64,000 nt of DNA from Lama guanicoe (taxonomy: Eukaryota), in NCBI GenBank assembly GCA_013239625.1, contig MU054757.1, forward strand, positions 972,251-1,036,250, given 5' to 3'. Below are positions 50,001 through 62,910 of this stretch, piece after piece. Below the pieces are notes generated by a model. The model had not been told where the DNA came from. It saw only the letters and a program-made list of their open reading frames with translations, and did not search any database. Both the position numbers and the translations under genes were made by a program. Each line of letters begins with the position of its first letter. Positions within the stretch are counted from its first letter, which is position 1.

Positions 50001-52317
50001 ACAATTCCATATCTGTACCACAACTAAAGCATGAATGTCTGAACCCTGTGGTTCTCCCCAACATCTATGCTGTCCCTCCTCCTCTGTGCAGCTGCCCTGT
50101 GCTTTGGAGATTCATGCCAGCACCAGGAGTGGCCCTGAGTGGTCTAGACCTTTCAAGTTCAACAAGTGGTTTCAGAAATCAGGTCTCGCCAGTCAGTGTA
50201 TGGCATGCCCAGGCCAATTCAGGCTGGCTCAGCAAAGGTTATATTACTTAATTCAGGCCCAGGAGACTGGAAGAGAAATTTCCTGGATGCTTCTAGAAGC
50301 AACTCACTACCTACAGTGTTAAAGGCAGGAGTGCTCTCTCTTCCTTTGATATTTTCTAGCAGGGACGTATGGACAGAACTGAGCCGCCATCTTGACATCC
50401 TAATGAAATGAGGGCTATGCTGAGAGGAGCGCCCAGCCAAGGCTATCACAGGGAAACAGGGTCGCAACCACTGGGTTAAGCCAACCCGAGGACCCTTTAT
50501 AACAATTTCTGAAATTTGTAATTTGACAAAATTAGCCGCTTGAATTCAATGACAGTTAAGTGTTCATCATAGGGTGTCCCTAAACAGCAATTTCTCCGGG
50601 AACCTTTAAACCACAATTCAACTTATATAAATTAAAGCACCTGTGTGGAAGGAACATAACCCCCATGTAGAAATGACACCAGGGTAGAGAAAGGCCTGGA
50701 GAGCAGAGGTCTACCATGAACCTTAGAGCTGCTCTCCAAGTCATGCCCTAGACCAACGCTCCTACATTATGTCCCTCCTCCACATCTGAAGTTTCTCTGC
50801 TCCTGATCACACGCTGCATTTTCTCACCTCCAAGCCTTTAATAAATGTATACTCTTCTACCGACTGGGAAGGCCCACACTGTCTCTTCTACCTATAAAGT
50901 CATTCCCATCTAGAAAACCTAGTTGACATTTTTGCCTAGTTTACAAAATAATTCCCTACTTTCCCCAGGTTAGTCATCTCTCCCTTCCTCCAGCCTCCTC
51001 CTTAGGGCTGACATCCTAAAGTTGGCGACTGAACATGTAGTGCCAGGCGGTCTCCTCTGCTGTTGCTGAGACCCTTGATGGCTGCTTAACTGGTCAAATA
51101 TGTCATTCTTCCAAATAGATTATAAGCTATTTGGAGACAGGAAGTAAGCCATACCTTTACAGTCCTTTGTACTTTGATACAGTAACCTCTCTGAAAATAT
51201 TGTTGATTCAATTGGATTTCTGCGATCACGTTTTTTGAACCATCTGCATTCTGACCAGATTTGTCTTGTCATTTAATATCTCCAGCCCCAACTGCATGCC
51301 TGGCTACCTTTAACTTGTCTTCAAATTGTACAATCTGCTCACCCTTCTTTGGTCAGTTAACTCAAGAAGATGCAGCTGTGAATCTGGGTCATCCTCTGGA
51401 GAGGACTATCTCCCCAGCAGCAAGAGGTCAATTCAATCAACATGTTTTCAGATGCTAGGAACTCATCTGTACCCCAGGCACAGTTATGTCGCTGGAGGAA
51501 GGAAGATGACAATCTCCAGGTTGTCTTTATAACTCAATCCTATTTATCTCCTTTTCATGTCAGCAGAAGCAGATTGCTTTTGGTTCTGCGCTGTTCTGTT
51601 CTGCCCATGATTTTGTTTATGAAAACAAACTCCAAGATAATAAACCTCTTCCTTGCTCCTGAAAGCTTAGCTAGATGCTCAACGCTGGTATTAATACTAA
51701 CGACAACTCTCACAGGTCCAAAGTTAACCCATGAAAAGACTGCTTAGGATGCACACCAAAGTATATTAACAAAGCAGCTATTGACCTTGAAATCTCCCTT
51801 TTTGAAATATTCTTTTCCCTTTAGCCACCCTCTGTGGCTACTTCTCATATCACATAGCAGAAAAATGTAGTTCATTTGTTGTATATAAACCTGTAGTTAC
51901 CTGTTAACTGTTAATTAACTTAAACCAGAGCTTAAAAACTAAAAGGTAGATTTTAAAAACCCAGTGTGCTCATCAACAACAAGCAATTCAAGGTGTGATT
52001 AAATGATTTAAAAGACTATTTAAAAGCTTCATTCGCAAAATCTCTCTATTGTACATTAAAACGTGCTTTGTTGAGTAAGCAGGTTATTTGGCTATATTTT
52101 TATCAAAGATTCACAAACTTTCTATTATGAGGAGCAAAAGGAACGAGAATGAGGCTTCATATTTCAAAAAGAAAAAAAGCTCTTAGAAAATATTCATTAG
52201 CTACTGATTAAAAATTATTTGTATCTCCCTTCATTTACACTAAATAGAATTCCTTTCTACCTTCACTTCATCCTCTCCCCTGCCACTCCACTATTTCTAC
52301 AACCTATTGCTCTAAAA

Positions 52318-52553
52318 TAGTGGTTCTCATCTGGGAACTATTCCACACACCCCTCCGCCCCAACATTTGTCAATGTCAGGAGGCAATTTTGATTGCCATG
52401 ATGGGAAGAAGGGGCTGCTAACTGGCATCTACTGGGTAGAGGCTGAGGATGTCACTAAACATTTCACAGTGCATAGGACAGCCCTCTCCCCACCACACAC
52501 ACAACAAAGAGTTATCTATTCCAAATTCAGTAGTGCCAAGGTTGAGAAACCGT
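52318..52553 (+). mobile_element. MER20 MITE
   Basis: agtggttctca...caatgtcaggaggcaattttgattgcc...ctggcatctactgggtagaggc...tagtgccaaggttgagaaacc. Confidence 0.9.
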
Positions 52554-52579
52554 ACCTGGCACCAATGAATAAAGAAAAG

Positions 52580-53260
52580 CCCACTTAATGTAAAGCACTT
52601 AAGTTTAAATATGTGTTCAAGATTAAGAGCTAAGTGTATAAACAGAAGATCTTAAAATGGAAATACTGATACATTTGTCTATATGAAAATTGAAAGTAGC
52701 CTTTGGATCGTAACATTAAAAGAACTGTGACACACTGGGATAACCTACTTGTAAAAATGTTGACAAAATTGAATTGATTCCACCAAATATAAAGAGTGCT
52801 TACAAATCAATAAGAAAAAACTAACAATGCTCCCAAATGAAAAGAATGACAATGAAATAAACAACTGATTCACAAAACAAAGAAATACACACAGCTGATA
52901 AACATATTATAACAAGTCAACCTCAATAGGAAACTAATACCTGTGGTTTTCATTTATCAAACTGGAAAACCCTATAAAGAGAATATTACTTAATGCTGGC
53001 TAGGGAATCATAAATGAGATAGAAGGTATGAGATAAGTAGATATAATTTTTGTGCATAGCACTTTGCCAATAGATCTCAAGAATGAGATGTGCAAAGCCT
53101 TTCACTCTGAAGTACAATTTCAAAGAACATATTATGAAAGAATAATCAAAGATACAGTAAAGCCTTCTAATAATTGAGATTTATAATAAACAATTGAAAG
53201 CAATTAATATGTACAAAAAAAGTCAGCTAAAGAAATTATGCCACCATTTATTGTAACATA
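52580..53260 (+). mobile_element. Old L1ME-type fragment
   Basis: aaatataaagagtgcttacaaatcaataagaaaaa...aacaactgattcacaaaa...gcactttgccaata. Confidence 0.6.
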
Positions 53261-53729
53261 AGGGAACAAGAGATGTTAGATGGGAATAAGAAAAGGGAAG
53301 ACTGCAGTAAGATGGTATCCAAGAAAGGCTGTTTGAATTAATATCCTTATGTTATCAAGTCAAGTGTCAAGAAATATTCAGTTTGTGAACAAGAAACAAA
53401 AGATTAAACATATTATTTACAGTTTCAAAGATAAGCAATAGAGGAATCAAGGATGGGTCTCTAACTATATTGGGAAGAAGAGAATTTTAGAAGAGGGATA
53501 GGCATTTGTGAAGACTCCAGATTGAAATGGTGGCATGATGGAGAAGCTGAATTCAGTTCCATGCGACCAAAGCTTGGAATGCAAAAAGGATATTATGAGG
53601 GGAAAAAAAGAGGAAAAGAGGTTACTAATGAGTATCTATTGGTTAAGAAAGAGCAATGGAATTTTTTAGTGCAGACATGAAGGAAATTTATATTAATATT
53701 TATTTCAAAAGCTCCTTTGTTTTATGAAA

Positions 53730-54720
53730 TGCAAATATTCAACAAATATCTATTGAATGTCTACTACATTTTAGGCACCATGAGATTCAGTAGTGAATAA
53801 AATAGGCAAAATCCCAGCTCTCTTTGAGTTTATAATTTTGGTTTGTGGAGGAGAAGATGGAAAATAAACTAATAAATACACGGTATGAAGTAGGCAGCCT
53901 TCTAAGAAGGCGCCCAATGATTCCTGTCTCCACAGAATAACGATTCGTGTCTTTGTGTAATCTACAGCCCTGAGCTTGGACTGGACTTAGTGACTTGCTT
54001 CTAATTGTAGAATTGAACGAAAGTGATGGAATTTCACTTCTGAGATTCAGTTCCAGAAGACCGTGGCTTCCATCTTGCTGGAACTCTCTCACTGTATCTT
54101 GCTTGCTGACTTTGATAACACCAGCTGCTGTGTTTTGGGCTGCCCTATGAAGAGGCTGATACAGCAAGGAACTGAAGGCAGCCTCTGGTCCACAACCAGA
54201 GAGGAACTAAGGATGTCAGTCCAACAACCTCTAGGAATTGAATTCTGCCAATAGACATGTGAACGATCTTGGACGCAGCTCCAGTTTAACCTTGAGAGAC
54301 TATGGCCCTGTCAAGACCTTGACTGCAGCCTTGAGAGAGACCTTGAGCCAGAAAGCCAAGCCAAACCACTCTGTGGCCAGATCCTGATCTACAGAAATCT
54401 TAGAATAATAAATGGTTGTTGTTTTAAGTAGCTAAGTTTCACGGTAATTTGTCACGTAACAGGAGATAACTAAGACATGGTGTTCTGGATGTGAAGTACT
54501 CCGGTTAAGCATAAGGAGTTCAGCAGGTCCTGGAGTGGAAGTGGGGCTTTGATTCTGTAAAGAGCAGTCAGTGAAGGCCTCTCTGAAAAGGAGACACTTG
54601 CGTGTAGGACTGAAGAGAGTGTGGCTAGAGATTAGGCCAGAATCTGGAGGAAGTGCTTTCCACGGAGAGGGAACAAGTGCAGAGGCTTGAGCCAGGCATG
54701 GCCTTGAGATGGTCAGCTCT
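53730..54720 (-). mobile_element. L2 fragment interrupted by MLT1 LTR
   Basis: attcaacaaatatctattgaatgtctacta...aggcacc; resumes gtcagtgaaggcctctctgaaaaggagacacttg...agagggaacaagtgcagaggc. Confidence 0.7.
53886..54477 (+). mobile_element. MLT1E/F-type MaLR solo LTR
   Basis: gtaggcagccttctaaga...tggacttagtgacttgcttctaa...ggaactgaaggcagcctctgg...ccttgactgcagccttgagagagacc...gataactaagaca. Confidence 0.88.
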
Positions 54721-56214
54721 GCATGGAGCCGTCTAAGGCAAATTCAGAACCCCAAGTCATGGCGGGCAGTGGAGGGCCTTCCAGCTCCGGCCTGCCTGGT
54801 CCTCTCTGTGAACGGACCGCGTGCCTGTCTCGTCTCATTCAGTTCGAGGTTAACCGTCTCTCCCTGGCAGAAATGGAATCCTCAATAAAGAGAAACTGTC
54901 AGACCAGACAAAGCACAGAAGATACATTCTTAAAGGTATGGCTTTTTTGTGTTTAAAATAATCTGATATGAACAAGACTAATTAAAAATTGCTTCTTACC
55001 AGGAGACAGATACCGCATATAAGGCAAAATCAGCGTATAGTCAAAATGCTCACCCGTGCAGTTCATTATAGATGATTTTGGGTATAACAATCATGTGTAG
55101 TCATTCTTAGCTCGGCTAAAACCAGAGAACCACTGAGTAAGGAAAAAAGGGAGCCTACGCTCTGACATCTGGGCAGGCCTTTGAGAGAACCACCAAATCC
55201 CATGGAGAATGGAAACAAACGGAAAATTCTCAACTGTTCCTATTCACCTACTTGGTTTACTCTGTTATGTTTGAGCTCGTTTTATGTTTTAGTTAAATAT
55301 TAATGCAACCTAAAGGCATGTTACTAGTTTCATGTTAAACACTGGGCACCTCACCTCGCCTACAGTAGGTAGTCGATAAATGTTTCTTTGGTTTGAATCT
55401 CAGTCTTGTTTGAACAGACACATTCATATTGTTGAGAAGGGTAAGACCACGTACTTCTTCTCATGACATCAGATGCCAAGTTCACGTCCTCTGACACTGG
55501 TCTCACGAACCATTATACATTCATATGGGATACACTGCATCTGGCTTGCAATCTATGTCTTTTTCCCTCCCAGACTCCTCGGAGTGGAAAACATATTTAT
55601 ATATGCATTCCTAAAGCCTAAAAACTTGCTTGGCACAAAATAGGTTTTCATTAAATATTTGCATAAATGAATGAATACATGGATTGAAGGTATGTTCCTA
55701 AAAGCCAAAATTAAGAGATATGACTCTTAAATATAATGTTGAAGATGCAATTTGATTTGCGATTCCAGGATAAGACTGAATTTCTCTATGCAATTTGGAT
55801 ATAAATACTCCCCTGAACCCTGAGTGTTATGGAAATATTTTTCTGGAAAACTAATAGCAGCAGTCAGATGCATCAGAGAATGTTTTTCATCTAAAAAAGA
55901 CTTCAATAAAGTCACTTTTTCATCAAGACGAAGTTACATGTGTCTGAGAGAGGTTAGAAAATAATGCTTAACAAATTTAAAGATGAAAAAATAAAGATTG
56001 AATGTAAGTGGGCTGGCCATAAAGTAAAGATGTGAACCTCGAAAGGGCAATTCATTAATCAAAAAGAGGGTCGGCACCAACTTATTCTCCACCTTGTCAT
56101 TCAGAGTATTTCCAGCTGCTGGTGGAGCTGGCCTTGGTACCAGAAGAAGAGGCAAAACCAGGCATTAAGATAAGCATTGTCTTTTCTTTTAGAGGGCAAT
56201 CACCCGAATAAAAA

Positions 56215-56390
56215 CATCCTTCATTCATTCATTAAACATATATTAACTGAGCACCTACAATAAGCAAGGAACTCTGCTGTCATTGAAGATTCACAGGTAA
56301 GTAAATAAGACGATGTCTTTCCCTCGAAGCTTTTCCCATCTGGTTTGGGAGACTCATGTGTAAACAAATAAACACCGGTATTAGAGGGAA
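56215..56390 (-). mobile_element. L2 3' end fragment
   Basis: ttcattcattcattaaacatatattaactgagcacctac. Confidence 0.65.
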
Positions 56391-58321
56391 GGCAGGGCTA
56401 ACTGTTAATGGCACTCAACACGTGGAACTTGGAAGATGTACATATGTTTCTGAAAGTCACATTCAGGACGCGTTCTCATCGAGCTGTGAAAGTACACGGC
56501 AAGTTTTGGGAAGTGCAAATGATGTGATATGGAAAGGATACAGAGTTAATTGAGACGGAATAATGGGAAATGAGACTGTAAGAAGAACAACCCTTAGTCT
56601 TGCTGCACTTCATTCTACTCTAGTAATTTATGCCATGAGGCAGGTACAAGACAACCATTATCAATGTACAGTCAACCATTATCAATCAGAGTCATACTTT
56701 CAAAATAGCAGAGGAAAGGCATTTACACCCTGCGCTTTTGTAAAAATAATACTAAGAAGAATCAGAGGGCAACCTCCATCAGCTTTGGAGCAACTCTACT
56801 CCAAAGTAGAGAAATCAATTGGAGAAAAGCCAAGTAAATGAACTTAGCGGAGAGGAAAAAGGTGGACGCTCTGGTTGAGGAGGTGGGCTGCTAATGGTAG
56901 GAGCAAGCATTTTACCTCTTCAGAGGCCCCCAAAGCTTCAGGTATCAGAGGCACCAGGTATATTGGAAGGAAGGGCGAGCCAGCAGTCTGGAAAGAGGGC
57001 ACTTGACCGACAAGCAGTAGAAAGCACCTAGTCAGGTGGTGCCTGCAGTCCCGACTGAGGGTAGCCAAATAAGCATTCTTCTTCAACCAGTGGAGAAGCC
57101 AGGAGGTTTTCCCACAGAAGAAACAGAAACGGAAGCAGTATTTAATTTCTAACTGAATTCTCAGAGAGCATAGAGAAGATGCGACAGCCTCCGTACTCCT
57201 GAGAAAAGCAGTGGAGGACGCATGCCAAAAAAGGGGGGGAGTAAACCTAGGCAGAAAGGATATGGGATTCTGAAGAAACAGAGGTTCCAGCACCAGTAAA
57301 GGAAACCAAGGAGGTGTATAGGATGATGACAAAATGAGAGCTACCTTAAAACGAGCGCTTCAGAGCTGGTCTAAGGAAAAGCCACCCAAGGATGACAGAA
57401 GTTGGAGGGATTCGGGAAAACAATAGAAAGTGATCAATTATTTGACCTGCTAGACTCGGGAAAACTGTGTTGAGAGGGGTTTTAAGGAATTAGGAGGGTT
57501 GTATGAAGACTCTTCCAGATAGCCAACAAACAAACAAAAAACCAAAGCAACTATAAACAAAACAATTATTCAGAAAAGGAAATATTGTCATAACCTGATA
57601 CCTAGGTTAGCAAGGAATGGTGTTTACCCATCATCATAATAAAAACGTTCTATATGGATTCAAGAAAAAGTTAAACTGTGATTAAAAGATGCCATAGTAA
57701 AAAGTCCAGAGATAATGTTTAAAACTAGATCAATAAAAAGATTGCAATTTATGCATTCTTTTAAAAAAGACTTCTAAATAACAAAAGAAATAAACAGAGT
57801 TAAATGTATTTGCCTCCGAAGAGCGGGCAAGGAAGGGAAAAGGAGGTAACAGACTTTGATTTTTACGTCATAAGCTCTTCAGCACCATTGGGCTTTTAAA
57901 ATTATTTTTAAGTAAAATTTTGGTTAAAAGTAAAATAAATAGCATCTTTTTCCAAAGACCCATATAAACCCCTCTTTCTGGCACGTGCACCCTCCACTGG
58001 TGATTGGAGACAGCACCTGGATGTGTGGTGGCTTCACTACATGAGGATGGCAAGCCCTTGGTGATGTCTTCGGAGACGAGCACCAGCATGCTCTGCCTCC
58101 TCCCTTGCATCGTACGTACCCTCAGGGCCCTAAGGAGACCAGAGTGATTCCTGATTCCATTTACTCTCACTGCTGTGTTCTACTCCTGGCTTTTCTCCAG
58201 CCCTATATTTTCATCATCACTTGTCGACTCATCTTGTACTGTTAGCTTGAAGGGACTGTGCAGTACTGGTCTCCCCAAGGAGAAATATGTACGTACTGGC
58301 CTGTGTCTTGATTTCAGCTAG

Positions 58322-58548
58322 CAAATTGGGAGCTCAAGATTTGCAGATACTAACTACTATATATAAGATGGATAAACAACAAGGTCCTACTGCATGGCAC
58401 AGGGAACTATATTTAATATCTTGTAGTAATCTATGGTGAAAAAGAATATGAAAACAAACACACGTATGTATATGGATGACTGACACATTATGCTGTACAC
58501 CAGCAACTGACACTCAGTAAAGGGACTATACTTCAATTTTTAAAAAAA
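58322..58548 (+). mobile_element. Short artiodactyl/camelid L1 3' end
   Basis: gataaacaacaaggtcctactgcatggcacagggaactatattt...tgctgtacaccag...gactatacttcaattttt. Confidence 0.9.
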
Positions 58549-58779
58549 TTCTGATTGTTTATTTGTTTGTTTGTTTTTTACTAGAGAAATAGAAAGATGA
58601 GACTAGAACTGGGGGAGAAAAAGGGCTCATTATGAATATGAAATTTTGTATTAAGGAGATACAATAGTCTTAAATGTGCAATGATACAGTACTGGAAGTG
58701 ACCCTTCAGCAACCAATTAATTGTCCTTTGCAACAAAACAAAATTAAGTTCGAAGGTGCTGAAATACAAGTGAGTTTCT

Positions 58780-59005
58780 GTGTATAGCTAACGTTTATAT
58801 TGTGCTTAGAATGTGCCAGACATTGTCTTAAGGATTTTACATGCACTAACTTGGCTAATCCTCACCTTCCCACCTACAATATAACGACTGGCATTATACC
58901 TGTTTTCAGAGGGATTAGACCCAGAGAAGTTACGTAACTTGCCTGAGGTCACACAGCGAGTGACAGCCAAGACTCTAACTCAGTTTAAAAACACTGAACT
59001 CTTCA
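58780..59005 (-). mobile_element. MIR
   Basis: gctaacgtttat...tgtgccagacattgtcttaagg...cagagaagttacgtaacttgcctgaggtcacacagc. Confidence 0.8.
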
Positions 59006-59870
59006 GCTAGGAGCCCCAAGGAATAGAGATGGGATTGAGGAAATTTTATTTCCAAAATTCAAATGTATGCTGGAGGAACAGAATCTGAGAGATGGTTTCC
59101 AGAGGAGGTGAAATAGACAGACTGACCTGAGTGTTCGTCGGGAGCCAGCAATCTGTGACTCTGGAAGGGCTAGTACTCCTTTTATTTTCTGCACCTTCTG
59201 GTATTTTTGTGTCTTTGTTTTTAATTTGCTTGGAGAGGGCTGGGGCCAGTTTACTTTTCGCTGCTGTTTTCTCCTAAGGCCGATTAAAGGCAGAGAAAGG
59301 ACGGTAGCCCACAGAGGCCCTTCTTAGGGTAAGAAGCTCTGACAAGAACAAAAAGGCCTAAGACAAAACAAGGCTCAAATTAGGTCACAGATTTCAAGAC
59401 TCAGCCTACTCTTTGTATAATCTCTTTCCCATTGCCAAGGATAACCAATGGTTAACTGCCAAGACTTGTCTCTAAGGTGAGGGGCTGGTCCCAACCATCT
59501 CTCAGGCCTGCCCAGCCTGGGGGCGGAGATTCTGGGGCCACTGGCCTGATGGTAGGGCACCTTATTCACAGCACTCGGGATCAACGTGACTCAAGAGAAG
59601 TTTTCTTTTTCCTAGAATGTGTTCCTCCCAGTGCCACATTAAAACACTTTGACAGAAAACTTAACTTATATTCCTTCCAGATTTGGGAACCAATCCCTCT
59701 AGCCTGGGGACCATCCATAGTCTTTCTCAAGGGATAGTTACTGCACAAATGTGTTTTAAAATAAATGTGCTCAAATGGCAAAGTCGAAAGGTGTTCATGA
59801 TTTGAAAAGTCACTTGCTATAACTTTTAACGATTCAGTATATAGAGAAAATCACTTGCTGCTGAGAAGAG

Positions 59871-59978
59871 GCTTGCTTAGCGTGCACGAGGTCATGGGTT
59901 CAATCTCCAGTACCTCTATTTATAAATACATACATACATACATACGTACATACATACCTAATTATGCCGTCCCCAAAT
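59871..59978 (+). mobile_element. 5'-truncated camelid SINE with (TACA)n tail
   Basis: tgcttagcgtgcacgaggtcatgggttcaatctccagtacctc...tacatacatacatac...cctaatta. Confidence 0.88.
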
Positions 59979-60183
59979 TACCCATCACAAAATATGTCCA
60001 ATTTTCAAAAAGAATCCAATTTCATTGCCAGAGAGTATACAGACAATTCTCATTACTCTAATGGGTATTACACAGCCAGCACTTTCACACATTAAAAAAA
60101 AAAAAGCCCAATGGAATGTAATAGTAACCAGAGTGTAAAACAGCCACACCAAGTGGGCAAGACTGTGTCCAGTAACATTAGAC

Positions 60184-60405
60184 CAGGATGTCTCAACCTC
60201 ATCACTCTTGACATTTGGGGCCAGATAATTCTTGGTCATGGGGAGCTATGCTGCACATTACAAAATGTTTAGCAACATCCTTGACCTTGACCCACAGGAT
60301 GCCAGTACTCCCCAGCCCCCCACCTTGGCTCATGCCAGCTAAAATGTCTTCAGGCATTCCCAAGCACTCCCTTGAGAGCAAAACTGATCCTGATGGAGAG
60401 CCATG
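60184..60405 (-). mobile_element. MER20 MITE
   Basis: tctcaacctcatcactcttgacatttggggccagataattctt...gtttagcaacatcc...gatgccagta...aaaatgtct. Confidence 0.88.
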
Positions 60406-61010
60406 GCTGGAGACATAAAGAATATATCAGCCGTTATCAGAAAATTCTTCAATACAAATTCTAATTTTATAGAACAAGATTAGTTTGCATCTATCATATA
60501 GTGATAATAGATTCTTTCAGTACTGAACAGAAAGCAGGTTTTAGGTGGCCCAGAGCCCTGAGGAAACCCAAGAAAGAGCATCTTTTTGCACGTAATTTTG
60601 ACTTGTTTTTGTTTTTTTTTTTTTCACTGACAGTGACAAGAAAGAGCACGAAATACAACTTTGGTTGATGGGCAATTTCTTATAACTTTCAAAACTGCTA
60701 TGACAAGCTGATAGAAGAACATCGTGGAACAGAAAACAAAGAAGATTAAACAGGAAGAAGGTGCCATTTCTTTGAGGAATGCGGTCTGTCTAACCAAATA
60801 CAGGCATACAAAGCATGACTACAAGCTCAGGAGAGCCATCTGTCTCACAAAGAGGGCGAGGCCCTAGCTGATTTTTCATCATGCTGGCTTCCTGAACCAG
60901 GTAGGACAAGCGCCTAAGTAGCCACAGAGGGGAGCGCTGCATTAAAGCTGTCCAGGAATTTCTTTCAAAAGAGAGACTTCACATATTCGGCCTATGAAAA
61001 CATCCTTTGC

Positions 61011-61419
61011 CATCTTAAGTCAGCTCGGGCTGCTGCAGCAAAATGCCATAGACCGAGGGGCTTAAACAGCAGACAACTCTTTCTCATAGTTCTGGAGGCT
61101 GGAAGTCCAAGATTAACCTGTTGGCAGATTTGGTTCTGGGAAGAAGGCTCTTCCTGGCTTTCCGAAGGCCGCCTTCTCACTGTGTCCTCGTTGGGGGGCG
61201 GGAGAAGGGTGCGGCCAGGTGGCGAGGTGTGGGGACACACAGAGCACTGTGGTCTCTTCCTCTTCTTATAAGGACACTAATGTCCTCATGGGGGCTCACC
61301 CTCATGACCTCATCTAAACCCAATTGCCTCCAAAGGCCCCACTTGCAAATACCACAATACTAGGGGTTAGGCAAGGAACATACAAATTTTTGAGGGACTC
61401 AAACATCCAGTCCATAACA
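61011..61419 (-). mobile_element. MLT1A-type MaLR solo LTR
   Basis: ctcgggctgctgcagcaaaatgccatagac...ttctggaggctggaagtccaagat...ccctcatgacctcatctaaaccc...cagtccataaca. Confidence 0.9.
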
Positions 61420-61761
61420 CTTGGGGAAAAATGAAAGTTGAGTGACCGTGTGATTTATTTTTAGAGTAAGGACTGACTGTCTTTGAGAAAGCCGAAGCGC
61501 TGCAGAAGCAGCACGGCCTTTATCTCAGTCCAGAGGGTTCTTACATTACAACCGTCATCTGTAATTCATGCAGCACTTGTCATCACAGATGCTCAGAAAA
61601 CTTGCAGGTAATTAAAAAAATGTTGGGAGCTTTCATGTTTTCATGATGTACCAAATAGCGTTTAATTATTTCCCAGATGGAGAGGCTATACACTCAGTGT
61701 AGGGGGATAAACATTCAGTTCTCGTATACACAGTGAGTCTAAACTTCAGAACAGGCCTTGA

Positions 61762-61926
61762 GCCCTCCCCGCAGTGTGGTCCCAGGACGGGCAGCATCAG
61801 CATCACCTGGGAGCTCGTGGGAACTACGGAAGCTCAGGCCCCGCCCAGGACCTATTTAAACAGAATCTGCATTTTAACAACATTCCCAGATGATAATTAT
61901 GCTCATTAAAAGTTGAAGAAGCCCTG
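61762..61926. mobile_element. MER5A/B-type MITE
   Basis: agtgtggtcccaggac...gcagcatcagcatcacctgggagct...ctcaggccccgccc...cagaatctgcattttaacaa. Confidence 0.88.
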
Positions 61927-62400
61927 CCCTGGAGAGTCCAATTCTACCGTTTAAGATTACATTGTACAGACTCTTTTGCGGTAACCATGAGAAACTTTTT
62001 TTTGAGAATATTCTTTTTAGAGCTTCTTGGAAAATAGGAAAAAATGTCTTTAAAGTGAACTTCTGATATTCCAGGAATAGCAGATTTTATACAAAAAGTG
62101 ACAACAGGAAACTAAATAGAACTGTTATAACAGTGACTAAGTTAAGCCTTCATTGTAGATGCTCTTCAAAGGGAGGTATTTCTGGTTGGATGTTTCAGGT
62201 GGGGCAGGGGAACTCTACCTGAAAAGAAATGACAAGCGCCATACCTCAAGCTCAAAGTAAAACCACTCCCTTACTAGTTACTGCACCCAAGCTAGACATT
62301 GCCCATCTTTCCTTCATGGTGATATGTTTCAGATCTTCCGCACAAACACACGAAACGCCGTGTGAGCTTTAACAAGTAATTAACACCCTTAGATGGCTTG

Positions 62401-62471
62401 CTTTCTTCCTTTCCTTTCCTTTCCTTTCCTTTCCTTTTTCTTTTCTTTTTTTCTCCCTCCCTCCTTCCTTT
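62401..62471 (+). repeat. (TTTCC)n polypyrimidine tract
   Basis: About 70 bp of pure pyrimidines. Confidence 0.9.
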
Positions 62472-62676
62472 GCTTCGTTTGTGATTTGAGACTACAGGAA
62501 CAGAGCTTTCTTGGGCCTTGTCAGCAGTCCCGGGACATCAGTACTATGAGTTAAAATTTCTTATATTTTAAAATGATGAGTCAAAGTCCAAGGCATAAGG
62601 TTAAAGAGTGTCAATAACTAGTGGGCAGTTAGGTCTATAAATGAAAAACAATCTCATGTAATGCAAAGGCAACTGT

Positions 62677-62910
62677 CTGAAAGTTGCAGCTATACAGCAC
62701 TATATACAAAATAGATAAACAACAAGGTCCTACTGTAGAGCACAGGGAACTATATTCAATATCTTGTAGTAACCTATAAAAAATATGAAAACAAACATAC
62801 GTATGTATATGTATGATTGAAACATTACGCTGTTACACCAGAAATTGACACAGCACTGTAAACTGTCTATACTTCACTAAAAAAGAACGCAAAAAAAGGT
62901 ACTAAAAAAA
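62677..62910 (+). mobile_element. Short artiodactyl/camelid L1 3' end
   Basis: gataaacaacaaggtcctactgtagagcacagggaactatattcaatatc...; TSD aatg(c/a)aaaggcaactgt at 62660-62676 and 62911-62927. Confidence 0.92.

Noticed and set aside
13747-56690. Short tandem duplications (about 13747-13778, 14032-14063, 43561-43582, 56652-56686) as a spaced-repeat/CRISPR-like array
   Set aside because: Only 2-3 unrelated units each, no repeat-spacer architecture; ordinary slippage duplications
56844-57332. Longest ORF (162 aa, minus strand)
   Set aside because: Non-ATG start, L/S/F/P-rich composition typical of the antisense of purine-rich decayed repeat DNA, no splice or homology support
5063-59978. tRNA-Ala-like sequences as real tRNA genes
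   Set aside because: They have extended G-rich heads or 5' truncation, A-rich tails, often TSDs, and stem-breaking substitutions: SINE retrocopies
60920-60940. Second CTCF-like motif (ccacagaggggagcgc)
   Set aside because: Several mismatches at core positions; too weak without a PWM score
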